A DNA stretch of 44,860 bases from a virus (Duplodnaviria > Caudoviricetes), in IMG/VR virus record IMGVR_UViG_3300037311_000490, positions 1 to 44,860 of that record. One strand, 5' to 3'. The position numbers were made by a program, and so were the translations under genes. The notes below the pieces were generated by a model that made no database searches, had not been told where the DNA came from, and saw only the letters and a list, made by a program, of their open reading frames with translations. Shown here in pieces: positions 9,128 through 17,537 of the stretch (position 1 is its first letter; each line of letters opens with the position of its first letter).

Positions 9128-9849
9128 TGAGCGCGGTTGTCCTCAGCCTGTTCCCCGGCATTGGCTTGCTTGACATGGCGTTCGAGGAAGCGGGTTTCTG
9201 TGTCGTTCGCGGCCCGGACCTCATCTGGGGCGGCGATATTCGCCGGTTCGCCCCGCCCGCCGGTCGCTTCGACGTCGTGATCGGTGGTCCGCCCTGCCAA
9301 ACCCACTCGTCACTGGCCGCGCTGGTGCGGGCACGGGGGAACAAGCCGGCCGAGTGCCGCATAGGTGAATTCGAACGCTGCGTCGCGCTGGCGAGCCCCC
9401 TGTGCTTCGTCATGGAAAACGTGGCTGGTGCGCCTTTGCCGTGCGTTCCGGATTTCACCGTGCATGCTCAACTAGTGCGCGATGTCTGGTGTGGCGGCGA
9501 AACGATGCGCAAGCGCCGGATCACTTTTGGGTCGCGGTCGGGCGTGAAGTTGCTGCTGGATCTGCCAGCACTGCATCGCCCGGACCCAAGCCCGGCGGCG
9601 CTGGCCGGCGGCTCGTTCTGGAACCGTCGCTCGGGCCGTCCGTCGGGCACGGCGAGCCGCGCGCTTTTCGAGCAGCACAAACGGCTGCAGGGGTTGCCGG
9701 ATGACTACGACATTCCGGCCTTCACGGTTAAGGCAAAGGTGCGCGCGGTGGGTAACGGCGTGCCGCTGGCCATGGGGCGGGCAATCGCGGCCGCAGTGAA
9801 GCGTGCGCTGCCATGTCTGCGGGCCGAGCCGGCCGAGGCAGCGCAATGA
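9124..9849 (+). CDS. DNA (cytosine-5) methyltransferase
   Basis: Motif I SLFPGIG, IV GGPPCQ, VI MENV, VIII RKRR, X VGNGVP. Confidence 0.92.
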   Translation: MMSAVVLSLFPGIGLLDMAFEEAGFCVVRGPDLIWGGDIRRFAPPAGRFDVVIGGPPCQTHSSLAALVRARGNKPAECRIGEFERCVALASPLCFVMENVAGAPLPCVPDFTVHAQLVRDVWCGGETMRKRRITFGSRSGVKLLLDLPALHRPDPSPAALAGGSFWNRRSGRPSGTASRALFEQHKRLQGLPDDYDIPAFTVKAKVRAVGNGVPLAMGRAIAAAVKRALPCLRAEPAEAAQ

Positions 9850-10145
9850 CCACTCCCCGCATCAGCCTCAACCAGCAGCTCGAAGCCGTCGGCTTCGCCG
9901 CCGCGCGGCAGGCCACCCTCGCCCAGGGCGGCACCGTCAAGGGCCTGCGGCCACGCTCGGTGGAGGAGTACGACCTCCAGCGCCTGCAGGCCGTCAACCG
10001 CACGCTGCTGTGGCTGGTCGAGCACGAGGCCGAGATCAAGGCCTTCCTCGCCCTGCCGTCCGATGCGCGCGCCGGCGCCCTGGCCATGGCCGGGGAGATC
10101 GCCCGGCGCGAGGCCATCGCCGCGGCCGGAGGGCCGGTGCGGTGA
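9846..10145 (+). CDS. Hypothetical protein
   Basis: ATGA/GTGA coupling with both neighbours. Confidence 0.65.
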   Translation: MTTPRISLNQQLEAVGFAAARQATLAQGGTVKGLRPRSVEEYDLQRLQAVNRTLLWLVEHEAEIKAFLALPSDARAGALAMAGEIARREAIAAAGGPVR

Positions 10146-10348
10146 GCCGGGCCCCGAACGACAATACCCCGCTGGTGCAGCGCCTGGGCGAACTGCTCTC
10201 CACCATTATGGAGGAGCCGCTCATTGTGCTGCCTGGGCCGGAGCCCGGCAGCCTGCGCAGCACGGGCGTGGAGATCTACGTCAAGAACTTCCGGCCCGAA
10301 CTTGCCGAGATCGCCGCCTCCCTGCTGGAAGAGGCGGGCATCCCATGA
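10142..10348 (+). CDS. Hypothetical protein
   Basis: GTGA/ATGA coupling with both neighbours. Confidence 0.55.
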   Translation: MSRAPNDNTPLVQRLGELLSTIMEEPLIVLPGPEPGSLRSTGVEIYVKNFRPELAEIAASLLEEAGIP

Positions 10349-10524
10349 AGCCGGCGCCCGCGCTCTTCCAGTGGCACGATCGCCGCGAACTGGAGGCGGA
10401 GCGGGCAGCCCTGATTTCTAAGCTGCGCCGGCTCAAGGGCCGCCGCACCCACGACAAACTGCGCACTGAGGGCCGCATCGCCGTCCTGACGGAGCGCCTT
10501 CTGAAGCTGGAGACCGGACGATGA
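10345..10524 (+). CDS. Hypothetical small basic protein
   Basis: ATGA coupling at both ends. Confidence 0.55.
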   Translation: MKPAPALFQWHDRRELEAERAALISKLRRLKGRRTHDKLRTEGRIAVLTERLLKLETGR

Positions 10525-10907
10525 GCAGCCTCGCAAAAATCCAGATCGGCAAGAAACAGCTCGGCCTCGCCGACGAGGACTACCGCGACCTGCTGGAGCG
10601 CGTCACCGGCCAGCGCAGCAGCGCCAGCCTGTCCGAGCCGCAGCGCGTGGCCGTGATCGCCGCCATGCAGGAGCTGGGGTTCGTCACAGCGCGCAAGACC
10701 CGTGGCCTGAAACCGCACCAGGAGAAATGTGCCGCCCTTTGGGGTGCGCTGTCCAGGGCTGGCAAGATCGAAGACGGCTCACTTGCCGCTCTCAGCGCGT
10801 TCGTGCGCCGGCAGGCCGGCGTGCAGCGCATCGAGTGGCTGACGGCCGGGCAGGCGCCCAAGGTGATCGAGGCACTGAAGGCCATGCTGGCGCGAGGCAG
10901 CAAATGA
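10521..10907 (+). CDS. gemA: GemA/gp16 family (DUF1018) regulatory protein
   Basis: AKIQIGKKQLGLADEDYRDLLERVTGQRSS...AALSAFVRRQAG...VIEALKAM. Confidence 0.88.
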   Translation: MSSLAKIQIGKKQLGLADEDYRDLLERVTGQRSSASLSEPQRVAVIAAMQELGFVTARKTRGLKPHQEKCAALWGALSRAGKIEDGSLAALSAFVRRQAGVQRIEWLTAGQAPKVIEALKAMLARGSK

Positions 10908-11350
10908 GCCGCCTGCCGGGAGTGCTGGCGGAGGTTCAGGAGGCCGTGGCCGAGGCGCTGGGCGACCCAGCCGCTGGCGAGCGTGCGGCACTGGCGCTTG
11001 CGCGGGCGCGGGGCGGGCGCCGCGCTTTCATCCCGGTGCGCGCACGCGACGACCACTGGATTGTACAGGCACTCGGTCGGCCCGCGGCCGAAGCCGTCAT
11101 GCGGCACTTCCGCGGCGGCAGCGCCGGGGCGGAACTTGACATCCCGCTAGGCCCCGTGGGCACTTACAAACAGCAGCGCGCCGAGCGCGCCCGCGCGATG
11201 GACCAGGCGCTGAAGGCCGGGCTGTCTGCCAACGAGGCAGCCGCCCAGGTGGGCGTTACCCGCCGCAGTGTCTACAAGGCCCGCGAGCGGCTGGGCAGCA
11301 GCGGCAAGGGCGCGCAGCGCGATCTCTTCGGCGACGACGACGCGGCCTGA
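10904..11350 (+). CDS. Mor/C-like late transcription activator
   Basis: ALALARARGGRRAFIP dimerisation-like segment and C-terminal HTH (SANEAAAQVGVTRRSVY); last early gene before lysis. Confidence 0.75.
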   Translation: MSRLPGVLAEVQEAVAEALGDPAAGERAALALARARGGRRAFIPVRARDDHWIVQALGRPAAEAVMRHFRGGSAGAELDIPLGPVGTYKQQRAERARAMDQALKAGLSANEAAAQVGVTRRSVYKARERLGSSGKGAQRDLFGDDDAA

Positions 11351-11360
11351 ACCAGCTTGC

Positions 11361-11379
11361 GGGTGACGCGCATCACCGT
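11361..11379 (+). promoter_or_regulatory. Late-promoter dyad, copy 1 (lysis operon)
   Basis: GGGTGACGCGCATCACCGT, repeated at 19075 and 35780. Confidence 0.75.
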
Positions 11380-11445
11380 CCCGCATCCGAGGTCACTCTG
11401 GCACCAAAGGCTCACGACCAGCGCCGACGCGCCCCGGAGCCCATC

Positions 11446-12144
11446 ATGGCCGAACCCAAGCCCAACACCTTTACGAACGCATCCCGGGCCAAGCTCAAGG
11501 GCGTGCACCCGGACCTCGTGCGGGTGATGGAGCGCGCGCTGCCGCTGATGCCGGCGGGGATGACGTTCACGATCACCGAGGGCGTGCGCACCCTGTCGCG
11601 GCAGCGGGCGCTGCTGAAAGCCGGCGCGTCGCGCACCCTCAAATCCCGCCACCTGACCGGCCATGCGGTGGACATCGCCGTGTTCGTGAACGGTCGGCTC
11701 TCGTGGGAATTCCCGGTCTATCTGACGGCCGCCGGCTTCATCAAGCAGGCCGCGCGCGAGCTCGGCGTACGCATAGAGTGGGGAGGCGACTGGCCGTCAT
11801 TCCGCGACGGCCCGCACTTCCAGCTGCCATGGACGGTCATCGACAACCCCGCCTTCCCTTTGGTCCGCGCCACGCCGCCCGCCCCGGTACAGCCGGTGGA
11901 GGAGGAGCTGGCGCTGGTGCCGGGCTCCGTTGGTCCCCGCGTGCGGCAGCTGCAGGAGGTGCTTGGCTCCATCGGCTACGTTGTGGCGGTGGACGGCGAT
12001 TACGGCCCGCGCACCGCCGATGCCGTGCGTATGGCGCAGGGCGAGGTGACCCGCCCCAAGACGGGCATCGCCACGGCAGCCGATGTGGCGGCCTTTCGCA
12101 AGCTGGCGGCCGCCAAGGCCCGCGAAGCAAAGAAGGCTGCCTGA
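11446..12144 (+). CDS. Endolysin: M15-family peptidase plus C-terminal peptidoglycan-binding domain
   Basis: EGVRTLSRQ, SRHLTGHAVD, WGGDW, DGPHFQL; then GSVGPRVRQLQ...VDGDYGPRTADAV. Confidence 0.92.
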   Translation: MAEPKPNTFTNASRAKLKGVHPDLVRVMERALPLMPAGMTFTITEGVRTLSRQRALLKAGASRTLKSRHLTGHAVDIAVFVNGRLSWEFPVYLTAAGFIKQAARELGVRIEWGGDWPSFRDGPHFQLPWTVIDNPAFPLVRATPPAPVQPVEEELALVPGSVGPRVRQLQEVLGSIGYVVAVDGDYGPRTADAVRMAQGEVTRPKTGIATAADVAAFRKLAAAKAREAKKAA

Positions 12145-12145
12145 G

Positions 12146-12205
12146 ATGCTGACCACCCTGTGGATCACGCTCAAGAACCTGCTCAGCGGGAAGTGGCGCC
12201 TGTGA
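12146..12205 (+). CDS. Putative 19-aa peptide MLTTLWITLKNLLSGKWRL
   Basis: Starts just after the endolysin stop; its stop overlaps the next GTG. Confidence 0.35.
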   Translation: MLTTLWITLKNLLSGKWRL

Positions 12206-12351
12206 CGGCCCCGCTCGATGCCCAGACCTTCGAGGCGGCGCTTCAGGCATTGGTGGACCGCGCGATCCGCGACGGGGTGCCGGCCGATGACATCACCACC
12301 GCCCTCGAATGCCAGACCATGGCGATCGTGGACATGCCCGACGACGACTGA
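12202..12351 (+). CDS. Hypothetical small acidic protein
   Basis: Fills the gap before the holin; GTG start coupled to the upstream peptide. Confidence 0.45.
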   Translation: MTAPLDAQTFEAALQALVDRAIRDGVPADDITTALECQTMAIVDMPDDD

Positions 12352-12361
12352 GGAGACAGAC

Positions 12362-12574
12362 ATGGAACCCATCGACACCAAGCCCTGGTACGCGTCCCGC
12401 GCCGTCATCGGTGGCGTGCTGGCAGTGGCGGCCGGCATCGCCGGCATGCTCGGCTACACCATCAGCCCGGCCGATCAGGCCAGTATCATCGATCTGGTCG
12501 CCGGCCTCGCGGCCTCCGTCGGCGGCGTGCTGGCCGTTATCGGCCGCGTGGCCGCCACCCGCCGGATCGGCTGA
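12362..12574 (+). CDS. Putative holin (two TM segments)
   Basis: KPWYASRAVIGGVLAVAAGIAG...VLAVIGRVAA; GAGGAG RBS; lysis-cassette position. Confidence 0.75.
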   Translation: MEPIDTKPWYASRAVIGGVLAVAAGIAGMLGYTISPADQASIIDLVAGLAASVGGVLAVIGRVAATRRIG

Positions 12575-12789
12575 TGGGCTGGCTGGCGCTGGCCGGCGCG
12601 CTCGTGCAGCTGGCGCTTGCCCTGCTGCGCCGCGCGCCCGCCGACGCCAATCGCACCGTCATCGAACAGGAACTGCGAGGGGCGCTCGATGCCATCACCG
12701 ATGCCCAGACTGCCCGCCGCGCTGTGCGCGATCGCCATGCTCGCGATCCTGCCAGCCTGCGCGACGACGACGGGTTCCGGCGCGACTGA
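12574..12789 (+). CDS. Putative inner-membrane spanin (Rz-like)
   Basis: N-terminal hydrophobic segment followed by a helical region; overlapped by a lipoprotein ORF. Confidence 0.6.
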   Translation: MGWLALAGALVQLALALLRRAPADANRTVIEQELRGALDAITDAQTARRAVRDRHARDPASLRDDDGFRRD

Positions 12790-12958
12790 CGGCGGCCAGG
12801 CTGACGTTCGCGTGGCCTGCGCCGCCTTCGAGCCCATCCGCTGGAGCCGGTCGGACACGGACGAAACCGTCCAGCAGGTCAAGGAGCACAACGCGGCATG
12901 GACCGCGCTGTGCCGCCGCACTCCTCCTCCCGAGGGGCCAACTGCCGGCCGGGGCTGA
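12701..12958 (+). CDS. Putative outer-membrane lipoprotein spanin (Rz1-like)
   Basis: Signal peptide with lipobox-like LPAC; overlaps the preceding gene in another frame. Confidence 0.65.
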   Translation: MPRLPAALCAIAMLAILPACATTTGSGATDGGQADVRVACAAFEPIRWSRSDTDETVQQVKEHNAAWTALCRRTPPPEGPTAGRG

Positions 12959-12985
12959 CCCCGGCCGGTCCTTTTCCAGAGGATC

Positions 12986-13321
12986 ATGATGGTGCTTGCC
13001 GAAATCAAAGACTGGCTGGGGGTGCTCAGCGCCGCGGGTGTCATCGCGAGCTTCGTGATGATGAACTGGCTTCGGGCGCAGTTCGTCACCACGGATCAGG
13101 CTCGCGAGCACGGCCGCAAGATCGAGGCGCTGGAGGATCGGATCAGCCGGATCGAGGGCGAGGTCGGCCACCTGCCGGATCAGGGCTCGATGCACCGCAT
13201 GGAGCTGGCCCTGACCGCCATGAAGGGCGACCTGAACGTGATGACCGAGCGCATGAAGGCGGTCGCCGCCACGGGCGAGCGGCTGCAGGAATATCTGGTC
13301 GACCAGGCGGGGCGCAAATGA
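12986..13321 (+). CDS. DUF2730-like membrane protein (Mu gp25-like)
   Basis: N-terminal TM, coiled coil, EGEVGHLPD motif; synteny. Confidence 0.75.
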   Translation: MMVLAEIKDWLGVLSAAGVIASFVMMNWLRAQFVTTDQAREHGRKIEALEDRISRIEGEVGHLPDQGSMHRMELALTAMKGDLNVMTERMKAVAATGERLQEYLVDQAGRK

Positions 13322-13611
13322 TGGACCGGATCATCCGCGAGGAAGCCCGCCTCATCATCCTGCGCACCCTGCACGAGCAGCCGGACGGGCGGCTGAACTC
13401 GGAGCTGCTGCGCCGCAGCCTCGACGTCTACGGCATCACGCAGACCCGCGACTGGGTGCACGAGGAGATGCGCTGGCTCGCCAACATGGGCGCCGTCAGC
13501 CTGCTGGAGGCCGGCACGGTGCTGGTCGCCTCGCTGCGCGCCAAGGGCAGCGACCATGTGGAGCGGCGCGCCGTCATCACCGGCGTCAAGCGCCCGTCGT
13601 CGGAGCCCTGA
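13318..13611 (+). CDS. Mu gp26-like winged-helix protein
   Basis: EARLIILRTL...WLANMGAV...GSDHVERRAVITGVKRPS; synteny. Confidence 0.75.
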   Translation: MMDRIIREEARLIILRTLHEQPDGRLNSELLRRSLDVYGITQTRDWVHEEMRWLANMGAVSLLEAGTVLVASLRAKGSDHVERRAVITGVKRPSSEP

Positions 13612-13612
13612 C

Positions 13613-14221
13613 ATGGCGCGCCGTCTCGGCCGCGGCCCGCTCAGCACAATCGACCGTCTGCCGGACTGGGCGGGACCGGCCGTCATCGATGCCAATGAGG
13701 CGCTGAAAGGCAACAAACTGACGCAGATCGAAATTCACGAAGCCTTCAACGCCCAATTGCGGGCGCTGGCCTTCGCTGAGGGCATCGTTAGCGACGTGCC
13801 GCAGATCTCGCGCAGCGCCTTCAATCGCCGCTCCATGCGGCTCGCCACCATCGGGCGGCGGCTCGCCGAAACCCGCGAGATCACCGCAGTGCTGGCCTCG
13901 CGGCTGGAGGACGGGGGGGACGAGCATCTGACGCTTACGCTCGCCGAGACCATCAAGACCATTGTTTTCGAGGCACTTGAAAACGCCGGCAGCATTGCGG
14001 CGTCTCCCATGGCCGCCGAGATGATGGCCAACTTCGCTTTGGCACTAAAAAGCGCCGAGCAGACCAAGGCCGTCGCCACCAAGACCCGCCAGGCGATCCA
14101 GGAGACCATCGCGGTCAAGGTGCCCGATGCGGTGGACCAGATGGTGCGCGAGAAGGGGCTGAGCAAGGAAACCGGCGACCAGATCAAGCGCATGGTGCTG
14201 GGGTTGGCGGATGCACGCTGA
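13613..14221 (+). CDS. DUF3486 / Mu gp27-like protein (putative terminase small subunit)
   Basis: GRGPLSTIDRLP, ISRSAFNR, GLSKET...IKRMVLG; precedes the large terminase. Confidence 0.82.
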   Translation: MARRLGRGPLSTIDRLPDWAGPAVIDANEALKGNKLTQIEIHEAFNAQLRALAFAEGIVSDVPQISRSAFNRRSMRLATIGRRLAETREITAVLASRLEDGGDEHLTLTLAETIKTIVFEALENAGSIAASPMAAEMMANFALALKSAEQTKAVATKTRQAIQETIAVKVPDAVDQMVREKGLSKETGDQIKRMVLGLADAR

Positions 14222-15863
14222 GGCAACCGCCATCCTCGCGCTCGCCGCGGAGGAGAACCGCCGGCCGAGCCGGGACGAATGGGCCGAGGTGCGGCGCCTG
14301 ACGGGCAGGGCGACCGCGGAAGACTTCCGCGAGGCTCCGCTTCTGCTGGGCTACCAGCAGCGTCTGAACCGAGCGATCGAGACTTCCGACGTGGTGACTT
14401 GCGACAAGTCGCGGCGCACGGGCGCGACCTGGGGAGTGGCGGCCCATGCGGCCCTGACGTCCGGCTCCGCCCGTTCGGCCGGGGGCATGGATACCCTATA
14501 CATGGGCACATCCAAAGACATGGCCATGGAGTTCATCGACGCCGCGGGTATGTGGGCGAAAGCGTTCGAGAAAGCCGCGGAGGCTGTGGAGGAAACGCTT
14601 TTCGATGACGGTTCGAAGGAGGGCATCCTCGCTTTCCGGGTCCGCTTTGCCAGCGGCTTCGAGGTGGTGGCGCTGTCCTCGCGACCGCGTAGCCTGCGCG
14701 GCCGGCAGGGTCTCGCCGTCATCGACGAGGCTGCCTTCGTCGATGACCTCAGCGAGCTGCTCAAGGCAGCCATGGCTTTCCTGATCTGGGGCGGCAAGGT
14801 GGTGGTGATCAGCACCCACAATGGCGACGCCAACCCCTTCAATCTGCTGGTGCGGGACACGCTCTCCGGCGAGACCGGCTACACCCATGTGCGCTTCGAC
14901 CTCGACCAGGCGCTGCTCGACGGCCTCTACGAGCGGATCTGCCTGGTGGTGCCGAAGGAGCGGAAACTCGGACCATGGACGCCCGAGCGCGAGGCCGACT
15001 GGCGCGACAGCATCATCCAACGCTACCGCGAGAACGTCGATGAGGAGCTCTACTGCATTCCTTCGGCGGGCAGCGGCGTGTTCCTTCCTGCCTCCCTCAT
15101 CGAAGCGCGCATGGACGCAGAGGCTCCCGTGGTGCGGCTGTCCTTTCCACCCGGCTTCGGCCAGCGCCCTGAGCCCGAGCGGCGGGCCGAGGTGGCAGCG
15201 TGGATCGAGCAGACGCTCCGGCCCGTGCTGGAAGAGCGTATTGACGTCCATCTTGTTCATGCCATCGGCCAGGACGTGGGCCGCTACCGGGACCTCTCCG
15301 TCATCTGGGTGCTGACGATCGAGCGCACCATGCGCCGGCGCACCGCCCTCGTCGTCGAGCTGGAGCGCGTGCCCTTCGCGCAGCAACAGCAGGTCCTGGG
15401 CGCCTGCGCCTCGGCGCTGCCGCGGCAGTATCCCGGCAACGTCGATGCTACCGGTCTGGGCGCCCAGATCGCCGAATGGTTCCGCGACACGCATGGCGGC
15501 GTCGAGGTGCGACTGAGCCAGGAGTGGTACCGCACCGAAATGCCGCCGCTGAAGAAGGCCTTCGAGGATGGCGACATCCTGATCCCCAAGGACGCGGACA
15601 TCGCCAGCGACCTGCGCACTTTCAGGGTGCTGCGCGGGGTGGCGACGCTGCCCGCGCTGCGCACGAAGTCCGCCGGCGGTGTCCGACACGGCGACGCGGC
15701 CGTGGCGCTGGCGCTGGCCTATGCCGCGACCCGCAGCATCGCCGAGAGCTTCGGCTACCAGTCGGCCGGCAAACGCGCCGAACGCGACGATGGGCAGTCA
15801 CTCGACCGCTGGCGGTTCGAGGCACGCGAAGAGCCCGCCGGGCGCCGCGATGGGCTTTGGTGA
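14211..15863 (+). CDS. Terminase large subunit (Mu gp28-like)
   Basis: LLGYQ, KSRRTGATW, LRGRQG..VIDEAAF, ISTHNG; nuclease motifs GQDVGR, VDATGLG, HGDAAVA. Confidence 0.93.
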   Translation: MHAEATAILALAAEENRRPSRDEWAEVRRLTGRATAEDFREAPLLLGYQQRLNRAIETSDVVTCDKSRRTGATWGVAAHAALTSGSARSAGGMDTLYMGTSKDMAMEFIDAAGMWAKAFEKAAEAVEETLFDDGSKEGILAFRVRFASGFEVVALSSRPRSLRGRQGLAVIDEAAFVDDLSELLKAAMAFLIWGGKVVVISTHNGDANPFNLLVRDTLSGETGYTHVRFDLDQALLDGLYERICLVVPKERKLGPWTPEREADWRDSIIQRYRENVDEELYCIPSAGSGVFLPASLIEARMDAEAPVVRLSFPPGFGQRPEPERRAEVAAWIEQTLRPVLEERIDVHLVHAIGQDVGRYRDLSVIWVLTIERTMRRRTALVVELERVPFAQQQQVLGACASALPRQYPGNVDATGLGAQIAEWFRDTHGGVEVRLSQEWYRTEMPPLKKAFEDGDILIPKDADIASDLRTFRVLRGVATLPALRTKSAGGVRHGDAAVALALAYAATRSIAESFGYQSAGKRAERDDGQSLDRWRFEAREEPAGRRDGLW

Positions 15864-15872
15864 GGATCCCCG

Positions 15873-17537
15873 ATGGCAACACTTCTCGGGCCTGACGGCC
15901 AGCCAATCCAGAAAACGGCTTTGACCCACGAGCAGGTGACGCCCGCCATGACGGGCGTGCGCCAGCTGTTCGATGAGGTCGTGGTCTCCGGCCTCACCCC
16001 GGCACGCCTGGCACAAATCATGCGGCAGGCCGCCGAAGGCGACATGCTGGAGTTCCTGACGCTGGCTGAGGAAATGGAAGAGCGCGAGTGGCAGTACCGC
16101 TCTGTGCTGAGCACGCGCAAGACTGCGATCAAGTCTATCGAGCCCTTCGTGCAGGCGGCGAGCGAGGACAAGGATGACGTCCGCATCGCGGACGAAGTGA
16201 AGGACGAGCTGGTGGATCGGCCCAACTTCCGCGAGCTGGTCGCCTCGCTGCTGGACGGGCTGGGCAAGGGCTACTCGGTGGTCGAACTTGTCTGGCGATT
16301 TACCGCCAGCCGGTGGTCCATCGATGAGATGCACTGGCGCGATCCGCGGCTGTTCGAGTTTGACCGCGACACCCGCTGCCAGCTGCGCATCCGCATGCAG
16401 ACCGTGCCCGGCGGACTGCCTCTGGCGCCATTCAAGTTCGCGGTGCACATGCCGGCGCTCAAGAACGGCCTGCCGGCGCGCAACGGCCTTGCCCGCGTGG
16501 CGGCGTGGGGTTTCATGCTCAAGTCCTTCACCATGAAGGACTGGGCGGCATTTCTGGAGGTGCACGGCATGCCGCTGCGCCTTGGCAAGTACGGCCCGGA
16601 GAGCAGCGTCGAGGACCGTCGGGTGTTGTTGCGCGCCGTCCGCGAGCTGGGGTCGGACGCGGCCGCCATCATCCCGCGCGGCATGGAGATCGAGCTCGTC
16701 GAGACGAAGGGCTTCTCCGACAAGCCGTTCGAAGGCATGGCGTCGTACATCGACAAGGCCATCAGCAAGATCGTCATCGGGCAGACCATGACGGCCGACG
16801 ACGGCTCGTCGAAGGCGCAGGCCGCCATCCACGACAAGGTGCGCATCGACATCAAGGAAGATGACGCGGTGGCGGTGGCGCTGACCATCAACCGGGACAT
16901 CATCCGGCCGTGGGTCGATCTGAACCATGGGCCGAGGCAGCGGGGGCGCTACCCGCGTCTGGTGCTGCCAGTCATGGAGCGCGAGGACCTCGCCGCGTTC
17001 AGCCGTGCTGTGGGCGAGCTCGTCGACCGCGGGCTGGAGATCGAGCAGGCGGAGGTGCGCGACCGCATCGGCATGCGCGAGCCCGCCGTCAAGGCCAAAC
17101 TCATGCGCCCGAAAACCTCGGGCGGCGGCCAGAGCTCCGGCAAGCGCGAGCGCTCCGACAAGCCACAGCCCTCTGAGGGCGACAGTGATCCCGAGGATGA
17201 GCCGGCCAGTCTGTCGCTGCGCCTAGAGCCCGGCCGCTGCCCCGGTTGCGGCACGGCCACGACAACCTTTTCGGCGGTCCGCGTCGACGATAACCCCGCG
17301 ACGGATGAACTGGATCGCCTGGTCGACGAGGAACTTGGCCGCTTCGAACGGGTCATGGAACCTATTCGAGATGCCCTCGAAGAGGCCTTCACCGCCGCGA
17401 CCAGCTTCGAGGATCTGGACGCGCGGCTGCTGGCGCTGGCGGCAGAGCTGCCCATGTCGGCGTTGGCCGAGCGCATCGGCATTCTGGGCCTCAAGGGCTA
17501 CGGTCTCGGCAGGGCCGGCGAGAGCCTCGATGACTGA
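15873..17537 (+). CDS. Portal protein (Mu gp29 / DUF935)
   Basis: LLDGLGKGYSVVELVW, FLEVHGMPLRLGKY, ISKIVIGQTMTAD. Confidence 0.93.
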   Translation: MATLLGPDGQPIQKTALTHEQVTPAMTGVRQLFDEVVVSGLTPARLAQIMRQAAEGDMLEFLTLAEEMEEREWQYRSVLSTRKTAIKSIEPFVQAASEDKDDVRIADEVKDELVDRPNFRELVASLLDGLGKGYSVVELVWRFTASRWSIDEMHWRDPRLFEFDRDTRCQLRIRMQTVPGGLPLAPFKFAVHMPALKNGLPARNGLARVAAWGFMLKSFTMKDWAAFLEVHGMPLRLGKYGPESSVEDRRVLLRAVRELGSDAAAIIPRGMEIELVETKGFSDKPFEGMASYIDKAISKIVIGQTMTADDGSSKAQAAIHDKVRIDIKEDDAVAVALTINRDIIRPWVDLNHGPRQRGRYPRLVLPVMEREDLAAFSRAVGELVDRGLEIEQAEVRDRIGMREPAVKAKLMRPKTSGGGQSSGKRERSDKPQPSEGDSDPEDEPASLSLRLEPGRCPGCGTATTTFSAVRVDDNPATDELDRLVDEELGRFERVMEPIRDALEEAFTAATSFEDLDARLLALAAELPMSALAERIGILGLKGYGLGRAGESLDD

